Below are positions 26,024 to 45,228 of a stretch of 64,000 nt of DNA, piece after piece. Origin of the DNA: Bigelowiella natans CCMP2755 (Eukaryota > Protista > Cercozoa). A program made the translations under genes and the position numbers. The DNA lies in NCBI GenBank assembly GCA_000320545.1, contig ADNK01002621.1:62001-126000 (forward strand). The letters run 5' to 3'. Below the pieces are notes generated by a model. It was not told where the DNA came from, searched no databases, and saw only the letters and a program-made list of their open reading frames with translations. How positions within the stretch are numbered: the stretch's first letter is position 1; each line of letters opens with the position of its first letter.

Positions 26024-26449
26024 GCCACTTGCTTTACAACGAAGTTTCTTGTTCATCATATACTGTGGCTTTAGGCGAGCTGTTATGAATTTATCATAGT
26101 ATTTATGATTCTAACTTATTATACTCGAAGATTTGGTGCCGACAACTACTACTACTACTAATAATAATAATAATAATAATAGGAAACATCGCTATTTTGA
26201 TAATATTTACATGCTGCGCATTAACATGAAAATGTTGGTGGAGGCTTACCTGCTGTTGATCGTGACGTTGAAATTAGCCTGCGTGATGCCACAGCACCTA
26301 AGGGACCAGACGTTTCCATACGGAAGAAGTAAACGAGTCACCACATGAGTAATGTTATGTATGTGGTAAAATCGAAGAATACCTAATGACCCCGGCAGCA
26401 GCATTGCAGCAATTGCAATCCGGGCAAGACAGATGATTCGGCAATTCAT
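23722..26449 (-). CDS. FKBP-type peptidyl-prolyl isomerase, predicted thylakoid lumen
   Basis: Leader MNCRIICLARIAIAAMLLPGSLG (signal), a Ser/Arg-rich transit-like segment, and RRRNVF..ARKAAGA (Tat-like). FKBP core GDWVLISYQGKIKATGQ|VFDST..GLYKAIEG|MKVGEIRK..EG|YG..VPARSDLEYEIQ. Confidence 0.88.
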
Positions 26450-27197
26450 TGGAAGAGCAGTCGTTATACTTATTTCGGAGGAAAGAAGGGGGATGGATTC
26501 TAAACCAACGAACGCCAAGAAGATGTAGAATGGTTACCAATGGCGGTCAAGAGCGAGCAGGTGGTCACGTGGCAGCGACGTGTGGCTACTTGTCATTTTT
26601 TAATCGAGAGAATATGTGAAAGAGACTGGATCTGTATGTTTTCGGAAGTATTGAAAAATATATGTTCCACAATTAAACCGGATACTTTAGACTAGATATT
26701 TACTGGGCATATTTAGTGAATGAATGGATGAGCTTGAGACTAGATAAGAGTATGAAATTGGTCTAGTGGTTTCCAAGTTGTATCCATGTCGTAATGATAA
26801 TACGGTATGCTTTTCGATGTCGTTTAAACAAGGATGATATTTTTTAAGCATTATTTATTATTGTGAGCAGCAGTGGGTATTAGTCGCAGTTATTTTTAAC
26901 CAATTTTATATAGAGTATCTTCGCGAAGATTCGCTTTTTTTGAAAAAAAATTCAGCCTCCTTTTTCCAATTTTGTAGTCTAGAATCTTAGACGTCGAGAC
27001 AAAAAGGGACTACTTTCCCATATTTACACAGAATACGTGAGCAAAGGAAGAAAGCCATATCTCAAGCACGTTTGAGGCGTCGTTCGTGCTCTCTGTCCCT
27101 CCGAGAGAAAAAGAGAGGGGGGAGGGGAGAGGCAAAGACAGAGAGCACGAATAAACTGGAACATTAAAATAGTACTTCTGCTCTAGCAACCACTGCC

Positions 27198-30102
27198 ATG
27201 CATCTTCTCGTCAACGCGCTGATGGTAATTGCGACTACCATTGCGTCCGAAAACCTTGGGGAAGGTCATGGCAATGGTTTCGATTGGAAAGAGCAACTGG
27301 GAGACCCTAACAAGGCAGGGACACATGCTGAGGAGTTCGCATCCATGTTTAACCTGCTGGATCATGACAAAGATGGGAAAGTTCATATGTGGGAGGCTGC
27401 TGGGGGTTTAGGAATAAGAAGTGAAGCTGCAGCAAAACGTGTTCTCGAGCGTCTAGGTGGCCTCTCCTCTACAGAGAGCGGCATTATCTCTACGATGAGG
27501 AAGTATCAATACCATGACATTCCCCCTGTCCCTGACCACCCATCTATTTTCATAGACCGTATCGTTTTCAAAGCACGAGAGAGTTTACTTAACAGTCAAG
27601 GAGAGCAATATGATGATGATACTGGTGATGTCATCCTTGATGTTGTGGTGGAACTACGTGACTATTTTGAAAAATATAAATGCGACGATAGAGCTCCCCC
27701 CGATATTACTGGTGACTCATCAATGTCCAGTATGCCGTCGTCGAGCTTAACATGCGGAGAAATGGTGAACAGAGAAGACCCTTCGACCGATGAGGTCTGT
27801 GCCGTACTTGTCAACGCTGGATTTTGCCGATTCACTTGCAGCGTATGTGTAAAAGAAGACCACGACAACAGAAATCAAGGGAAAGGAGCAAGAACGACTG
27901 AAGCTGCACGTCCGGGAGAGGATGCGGAGGAAGAAGAGGGAAAGAGAATGATTGGAACATATCGTATTATTACCAGTCCTTCAGCGATGCAAAGGGTCGA
28001 TGATGCGACGGGAATTGAAGAGGAGCTTACAGTTCTTGTGACGTCTGACTGGCACTCTGCCCCTTGGTATCAAATTGATGGAAAGGGAATGGTGGGCGAC
28101 GCGGTGACTCGTTATCGTAACTGCACCTACCAAAATATGTGGAATTGCTTTGAAGCAACTGGAGACGATGCAGTAAATTGCCTACTCACCGGCAGGTAAT
28201 CAATGAAGAACAAGACCATATTTTTCCTATCCTCGCTCCTCTTTGTGTCTCTCTGTGTGATGATTCACCTCCTCCTCTATGACACCTTACACCTTACATC
28301 TTCTTATAAGGCACGACCCTCCAAGATCCTTCATACAATCGCATTTTGATGGTAATACACTTACTCCTGGCCTCGTCTCCTTCTTCATTGAATATATCTG
28401 TATATTTGAACAACTTGTTCCTACGACGATCAGGATATTTTATGGCTGCATTTGGTGTAAAGGACGATATCCGTGCTATGCATGAGCAGAAAAACGTGAT
28501 TTTCTTCATAGGAGACACTCAAGTTCATGCCGTCTCTGACAAGTAATAAATAAATAGATAAATTCCCATAATTAAATAATACGTGGACGCTCATGTGCAT
28601 AAAACTTAATAAATGCTACCCATTCATGTATGTATATAATTCCGTCGTCCGTTCCACTCGTTATCATCTCCACCACCACCACCATTATCATCATCATCAT
28701 CATCACCACCATCGTTATCAGATGGTTAAATGGAATGACACCGTGGGTAGTCGAACAAGATATTGTCAATGCAACTCTTTCAGACATCCTCAGGTATGTT
28801 TCATATCAAACTCATTTTCCCTCGAATCGTTGCTAGACTTAGCAGCAGCCGTAGGCTTGGTCTTCTCCATATGATTTTCCACAAGCGTACCATCCCCCCC
28901 CCTTAATTCCCAATGGCTTCCTGCAAAGTGTTCATCTAACCATACATCATGGACCAGAGTATGCATTTACAGCCGCACAAATAACCATTCCAACATTGAC
29001 TAAGTGCTGCCCCAACACGAACCCAAAAAGGCACTGGAGTGCTGAAGAGGTGTTCTTTACTCCTGGAAATAATGACGGGCCTCACAATGCGATCTTTGTG
29101 GAACAAGATAACGGCACTAAGGCGTGGGCGCGACTACTGATAGACAATAGCATTGTGACAAATTCACTCGGATGGAACTACACCAGAACCCTCTCTGAGG
29201 GAGAGGAGATTAAGAATGTGTCTCAAGTAGATTTCTTCCGCCATACGGGTTACTATGTGAAGAAACTTCCTTATCTTCGTGGCCCCCCCTGCGTCGGTAA
29301 TGGTGATGATAATCAGTGCGGGGGATGTTTCGCGATTATTACCAACACTAACTTGGGACTACATCACTTTGATCAAATGCAAGCATTATATGCTGACCTT
29401 GAGAGAATAGAAGGAAACCAAGGAATTGCTTATCTGCTCGGTCATCATCCGTGGATTGCACCTAAAATGATCCCCTCTCGCTACCAACATCTAATGAGAG
29501 GCGTGCTAAGTGGTCATATACACCAAGCGGAAACTACAACCCCACCCCCTGAGCTGTTCACTCAAGTTCCTGCAATATCTCAAAATGCCGAGGACACCGC
29601 TTTTTACATTGCGAAGATAGCATCATCATCATCATCACCATCATCAGAAGATCAATATCGTATATCGGTGGACTACAACAGAGATCTTTTCGTGTACCAA
29701 GGCGAAGCAGGAGCAGCTCCAAATTCAACCATGTGGCAGCTGAGGGATCAGGGCGGATCAGAAAATCATCGTAGCCATCACCAAAAGCTTATGTTAATAA
29801 TTATAGGCTCTGTTGCCGTTCTGACCTTGATCATCATTGGTGTAATAGTTGCTATTATACGACGGTATCAGCGCCACCGACTCTCACAGTGGGGTTCTGT
29901 AAACAACCTTGAACCAAGTGTTACTACTGTGGAAGAGGTGCGAACAGCAGAGCGACTACCACATCGACATCATCTACGTCAACAGCACCAAGTTGAGGAG
30001 GAGGAGGAGGAGGAAGAGGAAACTCTAGGAAGTCCGTTAGCAACGTCCCGTACATTTGCTCTTCAGAACCACCCGAATCAATTGAATACAGCGAGTCAAT
30101 GA
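27198..30102 (+). CDS. Type I membrane calcineurin-like metallophosphoesterase (acid sphingomyelinase/SMPDL3-like) with an N-terminal EF-hand-like loop and an ShK-like Cys module
   Basis: Signal peptide; motifs TSDWH, HDPP, FIGD, PGNND, GHHP and SGHIH; TM segment LMLIIIGSVAVLTLIIIGVIVAII. EF-like loop DHDKDGKVHMWE at about 27360-27395; C..C..C..CRFTCSVC at about 27681-27849. Confidence 0.82.
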
Positions 30103-30791
30103 AAAGGAACTTATTCTTGCTTTGTTGCACCGAGCGTGCATGTTTGAAATTTTATTATTTTGATATTGGTAACATATCTCTAGAACTTGAGCATCCTTGT
30201 ATATTGCAGGCATTTGACAATTATAACTTGAAATCCTGAAAACATCTTGTGTGCATTCGCATGATCCACGCATTGCATCTGAGAACCATGCTTAACTTTG
30301 GACAATTCATAATCTTGCCTGCACGGTCTAGCGGTGTGTCGTTTATTGGTGAGTATGAATTGTCTCGCGTGCTGATTCGATTTACTCTTATTTACTTAGT
30401 GGCTGTGTGAGCTCGGACGCGCGCCGATTTACGCCAAAATTGCAATACTACGCGCTATTTTCCGTATGCGCAAAGTATCTAGTTTTGTCTGTATTATATA
30501 TATAGTCTCCAGCACTAGCTAGCTAGAGCAAGCAGGCTAGCAGGCTACTGTCAAAGCTACTCATCGATTCATGTCCTTTCTAGCTTTACTCGATTCATTC
30601 TGTCAAATATTCCTTCGGCAAAGTTTTCGTGCATGTATCATGCTAGCCTGTGGCTTGTTAAATATGCGCAAGCGATGTAGCAAAATCGATCATACACTTA
30701 TTACAGAGACGCCATTGCCATGTCGCGCTAAGCAGAAGCTTTTCATTACTACGCATACTAAATGGTTCACCATCCATTGACATAATGCATT

Positions 30792-33161
30792 CTAAGTGCA
30801 ACAATCCTCGGCCCGAGCCGCAACAAGCACGTACGTGTTCGGTACCGGTCTTGGAAGACGAGGAGGAGGAGGAGGGCGTGAACTTGGGGTGGTGTTGGTG
30901 GTGGTGCCGGAGGTTCCATTGGTACCGATGGTATTCATCCTCAACGAAGTACCAGCACTACGGTTATTATGCTTTGCTGATGTACGAGTTGCATCTAGCA
31001 TATATCCGCCAACTCCTCTCGGATAACATGCGTTTGGATCAAGACCCCTCTCAATGACCTACGTGCACATCACGATGGTTACTACATTAATCATGATTTG
31101 CCTTTCGTCGTGTCTTACATTATCATCATCCACTACGTGCGTATTCACCACCATAATTAGCACGTGTTTTACCACCACTGCCACCTTAAAAAGCAAGGGT
31201 ACATACCTTCCAGCCCAAGCCGTTGAAGTATTTCTCATCGTCATTGGGGGGGGGGCAACTCCATCTAATGTAGCATCAAGATGATGTCCCATAGTATCTG
31301 ATTTGACATCTGTTGATTGATTACTACCTTCTTTCGTCGTCGCCCATAGTTTCTTTCTTCGCCTTCGTGTCCTGTTCTGTGATGATCGATTGTAGTGCGG
31401 ACTGTTGATGTTATAAAGTAATATTTATGAAAGTCGTATCAAACAACATAGGAAGAAGAAGAAGAAGAAGATGCAATATTTAGATTCGAACCAATATGTA
31501 CAGCTGCTAGCGGCAGCACCTGAATAGCTTGCTCTTTGTTGCAAGGTTTCTTCTGCTTTTGTTCCTGGAGACTACCACTGTTTCTATTGCCTCCGTCTGT
31601 TCTGCTGCTGCTGCTACTGCTGCTTAGACTGGTAGCGGTACTCCTTTTAGAATCACCGAGGCTCTCCATCTTTCCTGCGTTGTTTCATTGTTGTTGATGA
31701 AAAAGAAAGTGCTACAACGAAGACAATCCTAGGCTTTATATTTATATTTTTCTAAGCAAGGCTGACGACACGGTGTAATCATCGGTGGTATTTGTCCTTG
31801 TACTTGCTTGTTTTTTGCTGCTGTGACGATGTGGGCATTATTCATGCTAATCATTAACAACGTACTCAGAAGCTCATTGAGACCGATTTTAACGACAGCG
31901 CCCTTTGTTGCACTACAGCTGCTGCTGCTTTTCGTAACAACCTACAAAACACACATCCAAAGCAGCATCAGTAATCACATACAGGCTTGCAATATGCTTT
32001 TGATATCACGGAGGAGACTCAGTAGCAAGTCTAATTATTGTTGCTGTCGCTGTTTTACCGTTGTTGCGAATTTGGATCCTTTTCCAGATATTGCTAGGGC
32101 TGCTTTCAGTACCCTCTCGGCCTGAATTCATCCAAACTACGATGGTCAATCGTTGGGACCATTGTTGTTCATATTCATACGTCACACGTCATCATCGTCA
32201 TCATCATCACCATCACCATCATTATCATCCCAAAGCGACGACAATCTGATGGGGAGGACATCATGAGCAAGTTTGGATAATGCACTACAAATTTCTATGC
32301 AAAACTATCATACCGCGAAAGACGTTAGATGCGGCAGAAAAGCTTCACAAACCCATGCTGTTGCAATGTTTTTCCTGATAAATAATAATAATAATAATAA
32401 TGATAATAATAATAATGGTATTGGTGAGAAGCAACGACCCGAGGGAGGAGGAGGACAAGGGCATGATGGAATCCACATCAGTACTCTCAAATAGTCAAAG
32501 ATGGTGATGATTGATAAGGATGGGATAGCGTGAACGTAATAAATTGAACATTCATGTTGTTGTTACCATTATCATTTTCATTTATATCATCGCATCATTC
32601 TTTCATCGTGACCACCTAAATCCTTTCTCTATGAGAGCTTTGGTCCATTTACAATATCCTCCCCCTCCTCCTCCTCCTCCTCCTCCTCCTCCTCCTCCTC
32701 CTCCTCCTCCTTTGCTGCTGCTGCTGCTGCTACTACTGATAATGGCATCAGTGCCTTTGCTACCACCATCGTCGTCAACATCGTGATTATCGTTTTTCGT
32801 GACATCGGAGCCAACAAGAACAATTCCATTCGATAGTTCCTCCTATCAATAATGATCACAGACGGACGACAACAACAGCAGCAGGACATTTGGTAAGATA
32901 TTATTCTTAATCAATCAACCTTATAACTACTACTACTACTACGACCTTTATAACTACTACTACTACTACGACCTTTGATCTCCCACCGTCATTTCCTAAG
33001 TGATGGTCCAAGATGATTTGTTTTACCTGTGATATCTTATAGAAGATAGGGGAGGAGGAGAGGAAGAAGAAGAAGAAGAGAAGAAGAGGAAGCAAGATGA
33101 ATAGAGAACAGAAGAAGCATATGATTTGATGGATTACCCTTTATTGACATCATTCTCTTTC

Positions 33162-33203
<42 letters not shown>

Positions 33204-34646
33204 GGTGCTACTACAAACGGACGTTCGTACTACCTCTGGCAGGTCAATTTCGAAGAATATCACATTCTTCTCGATCCTGTTATTGTTGTTGTTGTTGTTG
33301 TTGTTGTTGTCGTCTTCGTTCCTGAGCGATGATAGCCAGCGGGAGAGTCTCACACTTCTATAGTCAAATCCGGCGCCTAAGATCACTACTTGGATTGTGC
33401 TCGATGACGACGATGATGATGATGGAATGGGTGCTATAGCTCCTGCCTTATTTCCTTCTCTTTTACAATTGTTTTCGCTGATGAATTCCTTAACGAAGTC
33501 ATCAAAATACCGGGCCCTTAAGTGAGTAGAACGGAAGGCTGCCGTGCCATCTCGTGGGGGTGGGGGCATATGTTCAATCGAGCTGTGAAATTATCGTCGT
33601 CGAGGGAGAAATAAATATGCTGTATTATTATTATCATGGCTATTGTCTCATAATCATCATACAACAGCCATAAGATATATAGTCATCTCAAAGGAACGTA
33701 TATTACATAATCCTATAATATTATTACTACTACGATTTACAAGAGGATGGTTTCTTTTCCTGCACTCAATGCTGCTATAGGATCTTCGAGCAATGCCTCT
33801 GTAAACAACAAGAACAGTGATAAATCACCACCGTTGGAGGAACAGCACCCATTCGCCACATCATCACCACTATCATCATCATCATCAACAACAACAACAT
33901 CATCAACAGCAACAATATTCCTATCAGCATCATCGGCATCCTAATCTCCATTTGTTTTCTCAACCATGCATTTCTCTTTGATGTCTCCTCACCTTTCTCT
34001 CCTCTTGCCACTTCCAATGCTCTTGATGCAGCGGAATCTTTGGCCTTTTTGGTAAACAAATAGGGTATCATAGAATGCAGTGTATCTTTAGTAATCCGAT
34101 CATGATGGCTGAAGTCATCGTCATCATTATCACCACCACCATCATCATCATATAACTTCAACTACCGTTTGCCAGCAGCGTTGGACATATTGATCTGCAG
34201 AATCGTACAATTTGCTTGATTTTATGTGCAGCTCAGGCGTGGGGTAACTAAGACAAGAAGAAGAAGAAGAAGATGATGATGATGAGATATTATTATTGTT
34301 GTTATTATTATTGTAGAGGAGGAGAAGGAGAGATAGCCTTTCGATGAATTTGAAGCAAGTAATTAGATTGTTGTTGTTGTTGTTGTTGTTATCATGAGAC
34401 TAGCTGTTCTGTATCTTGCATGTATTGATGAAACCTTTCAATCACAGTGCGGTATAAGCCAGGAAGTGATAGCTCGCGGCAAGATCTCACCAAGGCGTTT
34501 CTGTGATACATAATCATGAAGAATACTAAAAGGATCGATTATCAACATATCAGGGGGAGGAGAAAATAGTTGCCCAGTCTTTGATTATCATAAGATCTCA
34601 TCTTGTTTTATGAAGTACATAATATAATGAGTACTATGTATTTCCA

Positions 34647-34687
<41 letters not shown>

Positions 34688-35512
34688 CCGATACGACAAG
34701 GAAGGCAACACGTTGTTGCTGTTATTGTTGTTGTTCTTCCTTTTCTTATCGCTGCTCCTTAGCATGTACGTTATGCAAGGCGCTACTCTGGATTTCCCTC
34801 TGGGGATGATGACAACGGTATTCTTTGTAGAGAAGAACTTTAATAGTAGGGACCAACCATCTTCTTCTTCCTCACTTTCTTTCACCTCAACTGAGCAGTG
34901 GTAGTAGTATCATTGGAAGGGGTGATCATAGCACAGCAAAGTCATCAATCTCTTGATCTGCTTTCATTTATAGTAATTTACTACTACGACTACTTCTACC
35001 ACTATTACGTTTAAAAGTAAGTAACCATATCATATGGCAAGAGTTACACGACCTACCGCTGCGGAGATGATGATGCTGATGCTTAGGATTATGATGGACA
35101 AGTTCTTTCGCAAGAAGAGCTTTTCCCATTTTCTTTTTCATTGAATTATCCTGCAGCAGCACCACAAGGCCATTCCATGCATCAGCGCGGATGTACATGT
35201 ACGATCATCGAAACTCTCTTTGTTCTATTATTCTCGGGAAACCTTATCACCCTCCACAGTAGTTGTAGGGACGCTCCATACCGTACCAAAAACCTAGGAG
35301 GGAGGAGGAGGAGAAGGAGGAGGAGGAGGTTCGGTCTTTTGATTAATACAACGCTCTTAACAGGAAACGCAAAAAACTTCATAGATGCAATACCTGATCA
35401 TCAGGCACATCATCTTTGAGGTTTGCAAAAACAGGATTGTTGTCTCCGGCATCCGAAATTCGTTCTTCTACCAATTAAATAGAAATAATTATAATAATTG
35501 GCTTTATTTGCG

Positions 35513-35549
<37 letters not shown>

Positions 35550-35974
35550 TGAAGTAGCTATGCGGTGAGATAGGAAATATCATTTCACAAAATAATATGG
35601 ATTGGTTGATTGATCGATATCGATTTAATCTCATTACCCCAATCGATAGTGCTAAAGGTGAGAGCACAGTTTGGGACAAACCTACATATTATTCACGTAG
35701 ATATGATGTATTAGAATAGGTTCCATTTCGATCGCAAATTTTCGAATCATAATGGAGCTTTCTGCCTACCCTATGCCCACTCTTTTAGCTCCATCAACAC
35801 CATCGAACACATCTTTCCTGATATAGAAGAAACCTCTTATCAGAAGTCATTGATTTTCCATGCATTCGTGGTGTACATTGAAGCTCCGTAGGCGAACCAG
35901 AGAACTTCTGGCTGCTTATCCGCATCTTCACCCTCATACTCCCGATGACTCTGTCTCTGCGGTTGCTTCTGCAT
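30792..35974 (-). CDS. Probable fusion: N-terminal gamma-glutamylcyclotransferase (GGCT)-like domain plus C-terminal LCM-family (ML2640/Ppm1-like) SAM methyltransferase
   Basis: GGCT part: WFAYGASM, FANL, VFGTVWSV, CITY..PSLSY|RNALVRSCRELSLPGLY. Methyltransferase part: AASRALEVARGEK|EALLEDPIAALSAG, RARYFDDFV, QVVILGAGFDYR, FFEIDLPE, YFNGLGWK. A phase-consistent linker exon lies at about 34210-34247. Confidence 0.72.
32921..32974 (-). repeat. 27-bp tandem duplication of a 5' splice-site region
   Basis: TTATAACTACTACTACTACTACGACCT occurs twice (32921-32947, 32948-32974); on the minus strand this is AG|GTCGTAGTAG twice. Confidence 0.92.
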
Positions 35975-36519
35975 TTTTATAGTTTGACTAATCCACCAGC
36001 GGAAGGAGAAAGGCCACACACACGTGGCCGTGCGTTCCTGTTATGAATACCTCAAAACCCGGAGTGCAAAACCGGTCATTATTCCATCGGAATAATATCG
36101 TAATATATGGAATTAGGTTTTTCCGATAATATCATCATGAAGTGATATGAAAGATATGGTAAAATATATTTATATTGATAAATATTTAGATATTTTTGGT
36201 ATATTATTTAAGCGAATTTGTAGATTACAGTGCAACAGTTGGGAACGTTCGAACATCCAAAACCCTCACCCCCCTCCTCCTCCTTGTCCACGCTGTTGTT
36301 CCCCATTGCAGCATAGCATCACCACTCCCGTCTTTCTGTCACGGTTTAGCTACTGCTGAATGCAGGCTGCACTAAATTGTCTTATTGTTGGGATCAGAAT
36401 ACTGATGTCACTTTATCTTCCTCCCCTCCTCCTACTCTATCGTTGCAGCGTCGCGCTTTAATTATCATGGGTTTCTGGAGGAGCTCTAATTATTGTGCGT
36501 ATCTTGGTGTTCAGTAGTA

Positions 36520-42000
<5,481 letters not shown>

Positions 42001-42629
42001 AGGCTGCATAAGTGTGCATGTGTCCAAGACCAAAATATTGAGGCACAATAAACAGATATTATATGCATGACATTGTCATTCGCATTTCGTCGTTACGTCA
42101 AATCTTTAACAAAGCATAACGCTTTATTGTGCCTCTGCTGCCACACATGCATCATATAATGATAGCACGCAGCAGCGCAACTGCATCACACCTTAAATGC
42201 TTGCAAGGCTTGCTATATCATGCCAGTATACTAGCTAGCTAGCTATCTAGCTATGTGGGGTTCTTTTATGTGTATCTGTGGTTTTGCATGAATGGCTTGG
42301 GCTAGTTGGGGCGAAAGCTGCATTGAGGTTCTTTACTGCATAGACAATATCACTTGGCTACTACTAGCTATAGACGTGCATTTACAGAACGGCTAGCCTG
42401 TATTTTACATATTATTTTGATGAGCGGCAATAGCTAGATAGGCGCAACAATGCTCGTAATCTTTATCAATGTAATGCTACACATTACCGAATCTGTGTCT
42501 CAAATTTCAGCGTTTATTACGCTTGCTTTACTAGACCAAATCAGACTTCATATTCACAGAAATCATCGGTTGCCATTCTCACAATACGCACCGAATAATG
42601 ACTTCCTGCCTTAGCTAATAATGCCTTAT

Positions 42630-43444
42630 TTAGCTCTTCCTCCACACCGCAGGGGGCAATGCGGGACCCCTTCGGCGACTCCACAGCAGCACACTGAAAA
42701 GGATTCCCGCGCCCGCATTTGAACTGACAACAGCGTCACAACGATCGTTGTACGTGCAAACAGACATGCATTATTATTAAACGGTGATGTGTAGAAGAAA
42801 CAATCGGAAGAATAAGAGAAACAGACAGTGAATTTAACCACCCGTTTAGTGAGTGAGTGGGTGGAGGGGAGGAGGAGGGGGGAGCGAAATATACACACGC
42901 GTGCGGGTTGTTAACATTTGCACTACATTTTGATCTCTTCCGCAAATTTGGACCACGATTGGCGGCCTTCGAGCAAGGCCAAAAATGGAATAAAACTAGT
43001 TTCGGACATCGCCTATTTTTTTGTAAAATTTACACATAGGAGCGTGAAGAGGAGGGGGGGAGGAGAAGATGAATATATGCCTGTGTCTGGTGCGGATACG
43101 AGAGACTATCATCATCATCGTCGTTGTCATAATCATCATCATCATCAACAACATAATCTTTTGTAATAATATCCCTTTTCTACCTTTTGACTGATGTTTA
43201 TTCCATCATTACCTACATGGGACAACAATGACGACAACAACAATAACAACAGTAGCAGCAGATATGAGATGCATATGAGCGCTCATCAGAATATAATTAT
43301 CAGTATTACTTTCACACATACAAGAACAACTACTACTGCTGCTGCTGCTATTATTGATGAATGCTACTGATAAAATACTAATATATTAGTGTTAATAATA
43401 ATGATAATACGTGGGTATGGCCTGGTATGATTAAGCTATGTTTA

Positions 43445-43481
<37 letters not shown>

Positions 43482-44399
43482 TGTTGTACACCGCGCTACT
43501 ACTACATTGCATTTATTCATTGCTGACGACGACGATTGATGACATCCTTCTTCCTCCTACCATTTCTTTGGCGAGAGTCTAGATGGTAGCCACACGTGAG
43601 CGTTGTGAATATGGGTCCACTAAACATTACTACCTAAAGAAGAATAGGGACAGCTGTTAGTATCTATCATCATGATGAGAGCATACACACCATTATGATG
43701 ATGGTAATGATATAATGATGATGACGACGAGTCAAACATATCTGTTACAAGATAACACACACACACGCGCGCGCGCGCGCGATTTCCTGTTGCTATTTTT
43801 CTACTTTCTGGTACATCACGTGGCAAATAATAGTGCATGATGGTTTGCTACTTCTGTGAAAAACTGGGTGCGAAACAACACGCCAGCCGAGAGGAAGGAC
43901 ATTGTCCAGAACATCTGAAGAGGAGGAATAGCAATAAGAACAATGGCGACGCATATAACTTATGAGGAGGAGTAGCAATGCCAGGTATCTTGGAGAAGTA
44001 CTATATCTATGACAACAGCAGCCCACAAAAACAATATCAAGAGTGCTGTTGCTACTATGACCATTTCACAGATATTATGCTTTTCGATTTCTAATCTACT
44101 CTGCCGCTCTGATTCTCCTTGGTTGTGTTGTTGTCGGGATGGTAAATTGACATCATTGTGTGGAATAAACTCTCCTCCATACATATGAGTGCAGTATTGC
44201 ATACACTAACACACACTTCTCCTCCTCAAACACTTACTGGATGTCTTGTCACCCTCTTCATGCCTGTTATGCTACCATCCTCCTGCCAACATTAACACAC
44301 CAAAATCAGTATATTGTAACACACATCATAGAATCAAGCTTCATGGTGATAACTACGGTTATGGCGACAAGTAACAAATTCGAAACGGACTGTTTTGCT

Positions 44400-44445
<46 letters not shown>

Positions 44446-44805
44446 CATTCTCACATCTACATAAAGATCTCGTGGGTATTACAGCACATCACTAGTACTA
44501 TCATTCTCACATAAGACGTAAGTACCTGCTCTGATGCTTCTTTTTGGCTGCTGCTGCTGCTGCTACTACTAAAGTCAAAAGGACACTGAGCCTGGAAGGA
44601 GAACAAACCCTAACAACGGGAGAATGTAGCACACCAGTCGATTGAGGAATCAAGCCACCAGATGACATCACAATTCATTTTATCATCATCACCATCAATA
44701 TCATTAATGTCATCACCGGTGTCCATATACTACTTATCATGCTAATATACATGTATGTATGTTTGTGTACGCGTGTGTGTCTGTTAGACGACAAGAGCCA
44801 CGAAA

Positions 44806-44877
<72 letters not shown>

Positions 44878-45192
44878 GGGGTTGGGTTTTAAAAAAATGA
44901 GACGCAAAGCCCAATGTATACCCTTCCTCCTTCAGCGCCTCCTCCTTGCTTGATTTCGTTAGTTTCAATCCTGCTACTCTCTTTTCTTTCTAACACGACA
45001 GGGGCCTGTTGACAGAGAGAAGAAGTTGGAAAAGGCTTTTTGTATATGTTTGCACCGATCATTTACACGTGAATGGCTATGCTTGTTGGAATTAAGTATA
45101 CTTGAATTTTGGGTAGAAATTGTGAGAGACCAACAAGGCCTATGGTCTGACAAACGATAGCAACCTACACGCACAGTTGTTAGTTGCACAGA

Positions 45193-45228
<36 letters not shown>

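Noticed and set aside
26566-36028. G-box CACGTGGC in two divergent spacers (26566-26573, 36021-36028)
   Set aside because: Only two promoter-side copies, and the same 8-mer also occurs in an intron near 43817, so enrichment is not supported.
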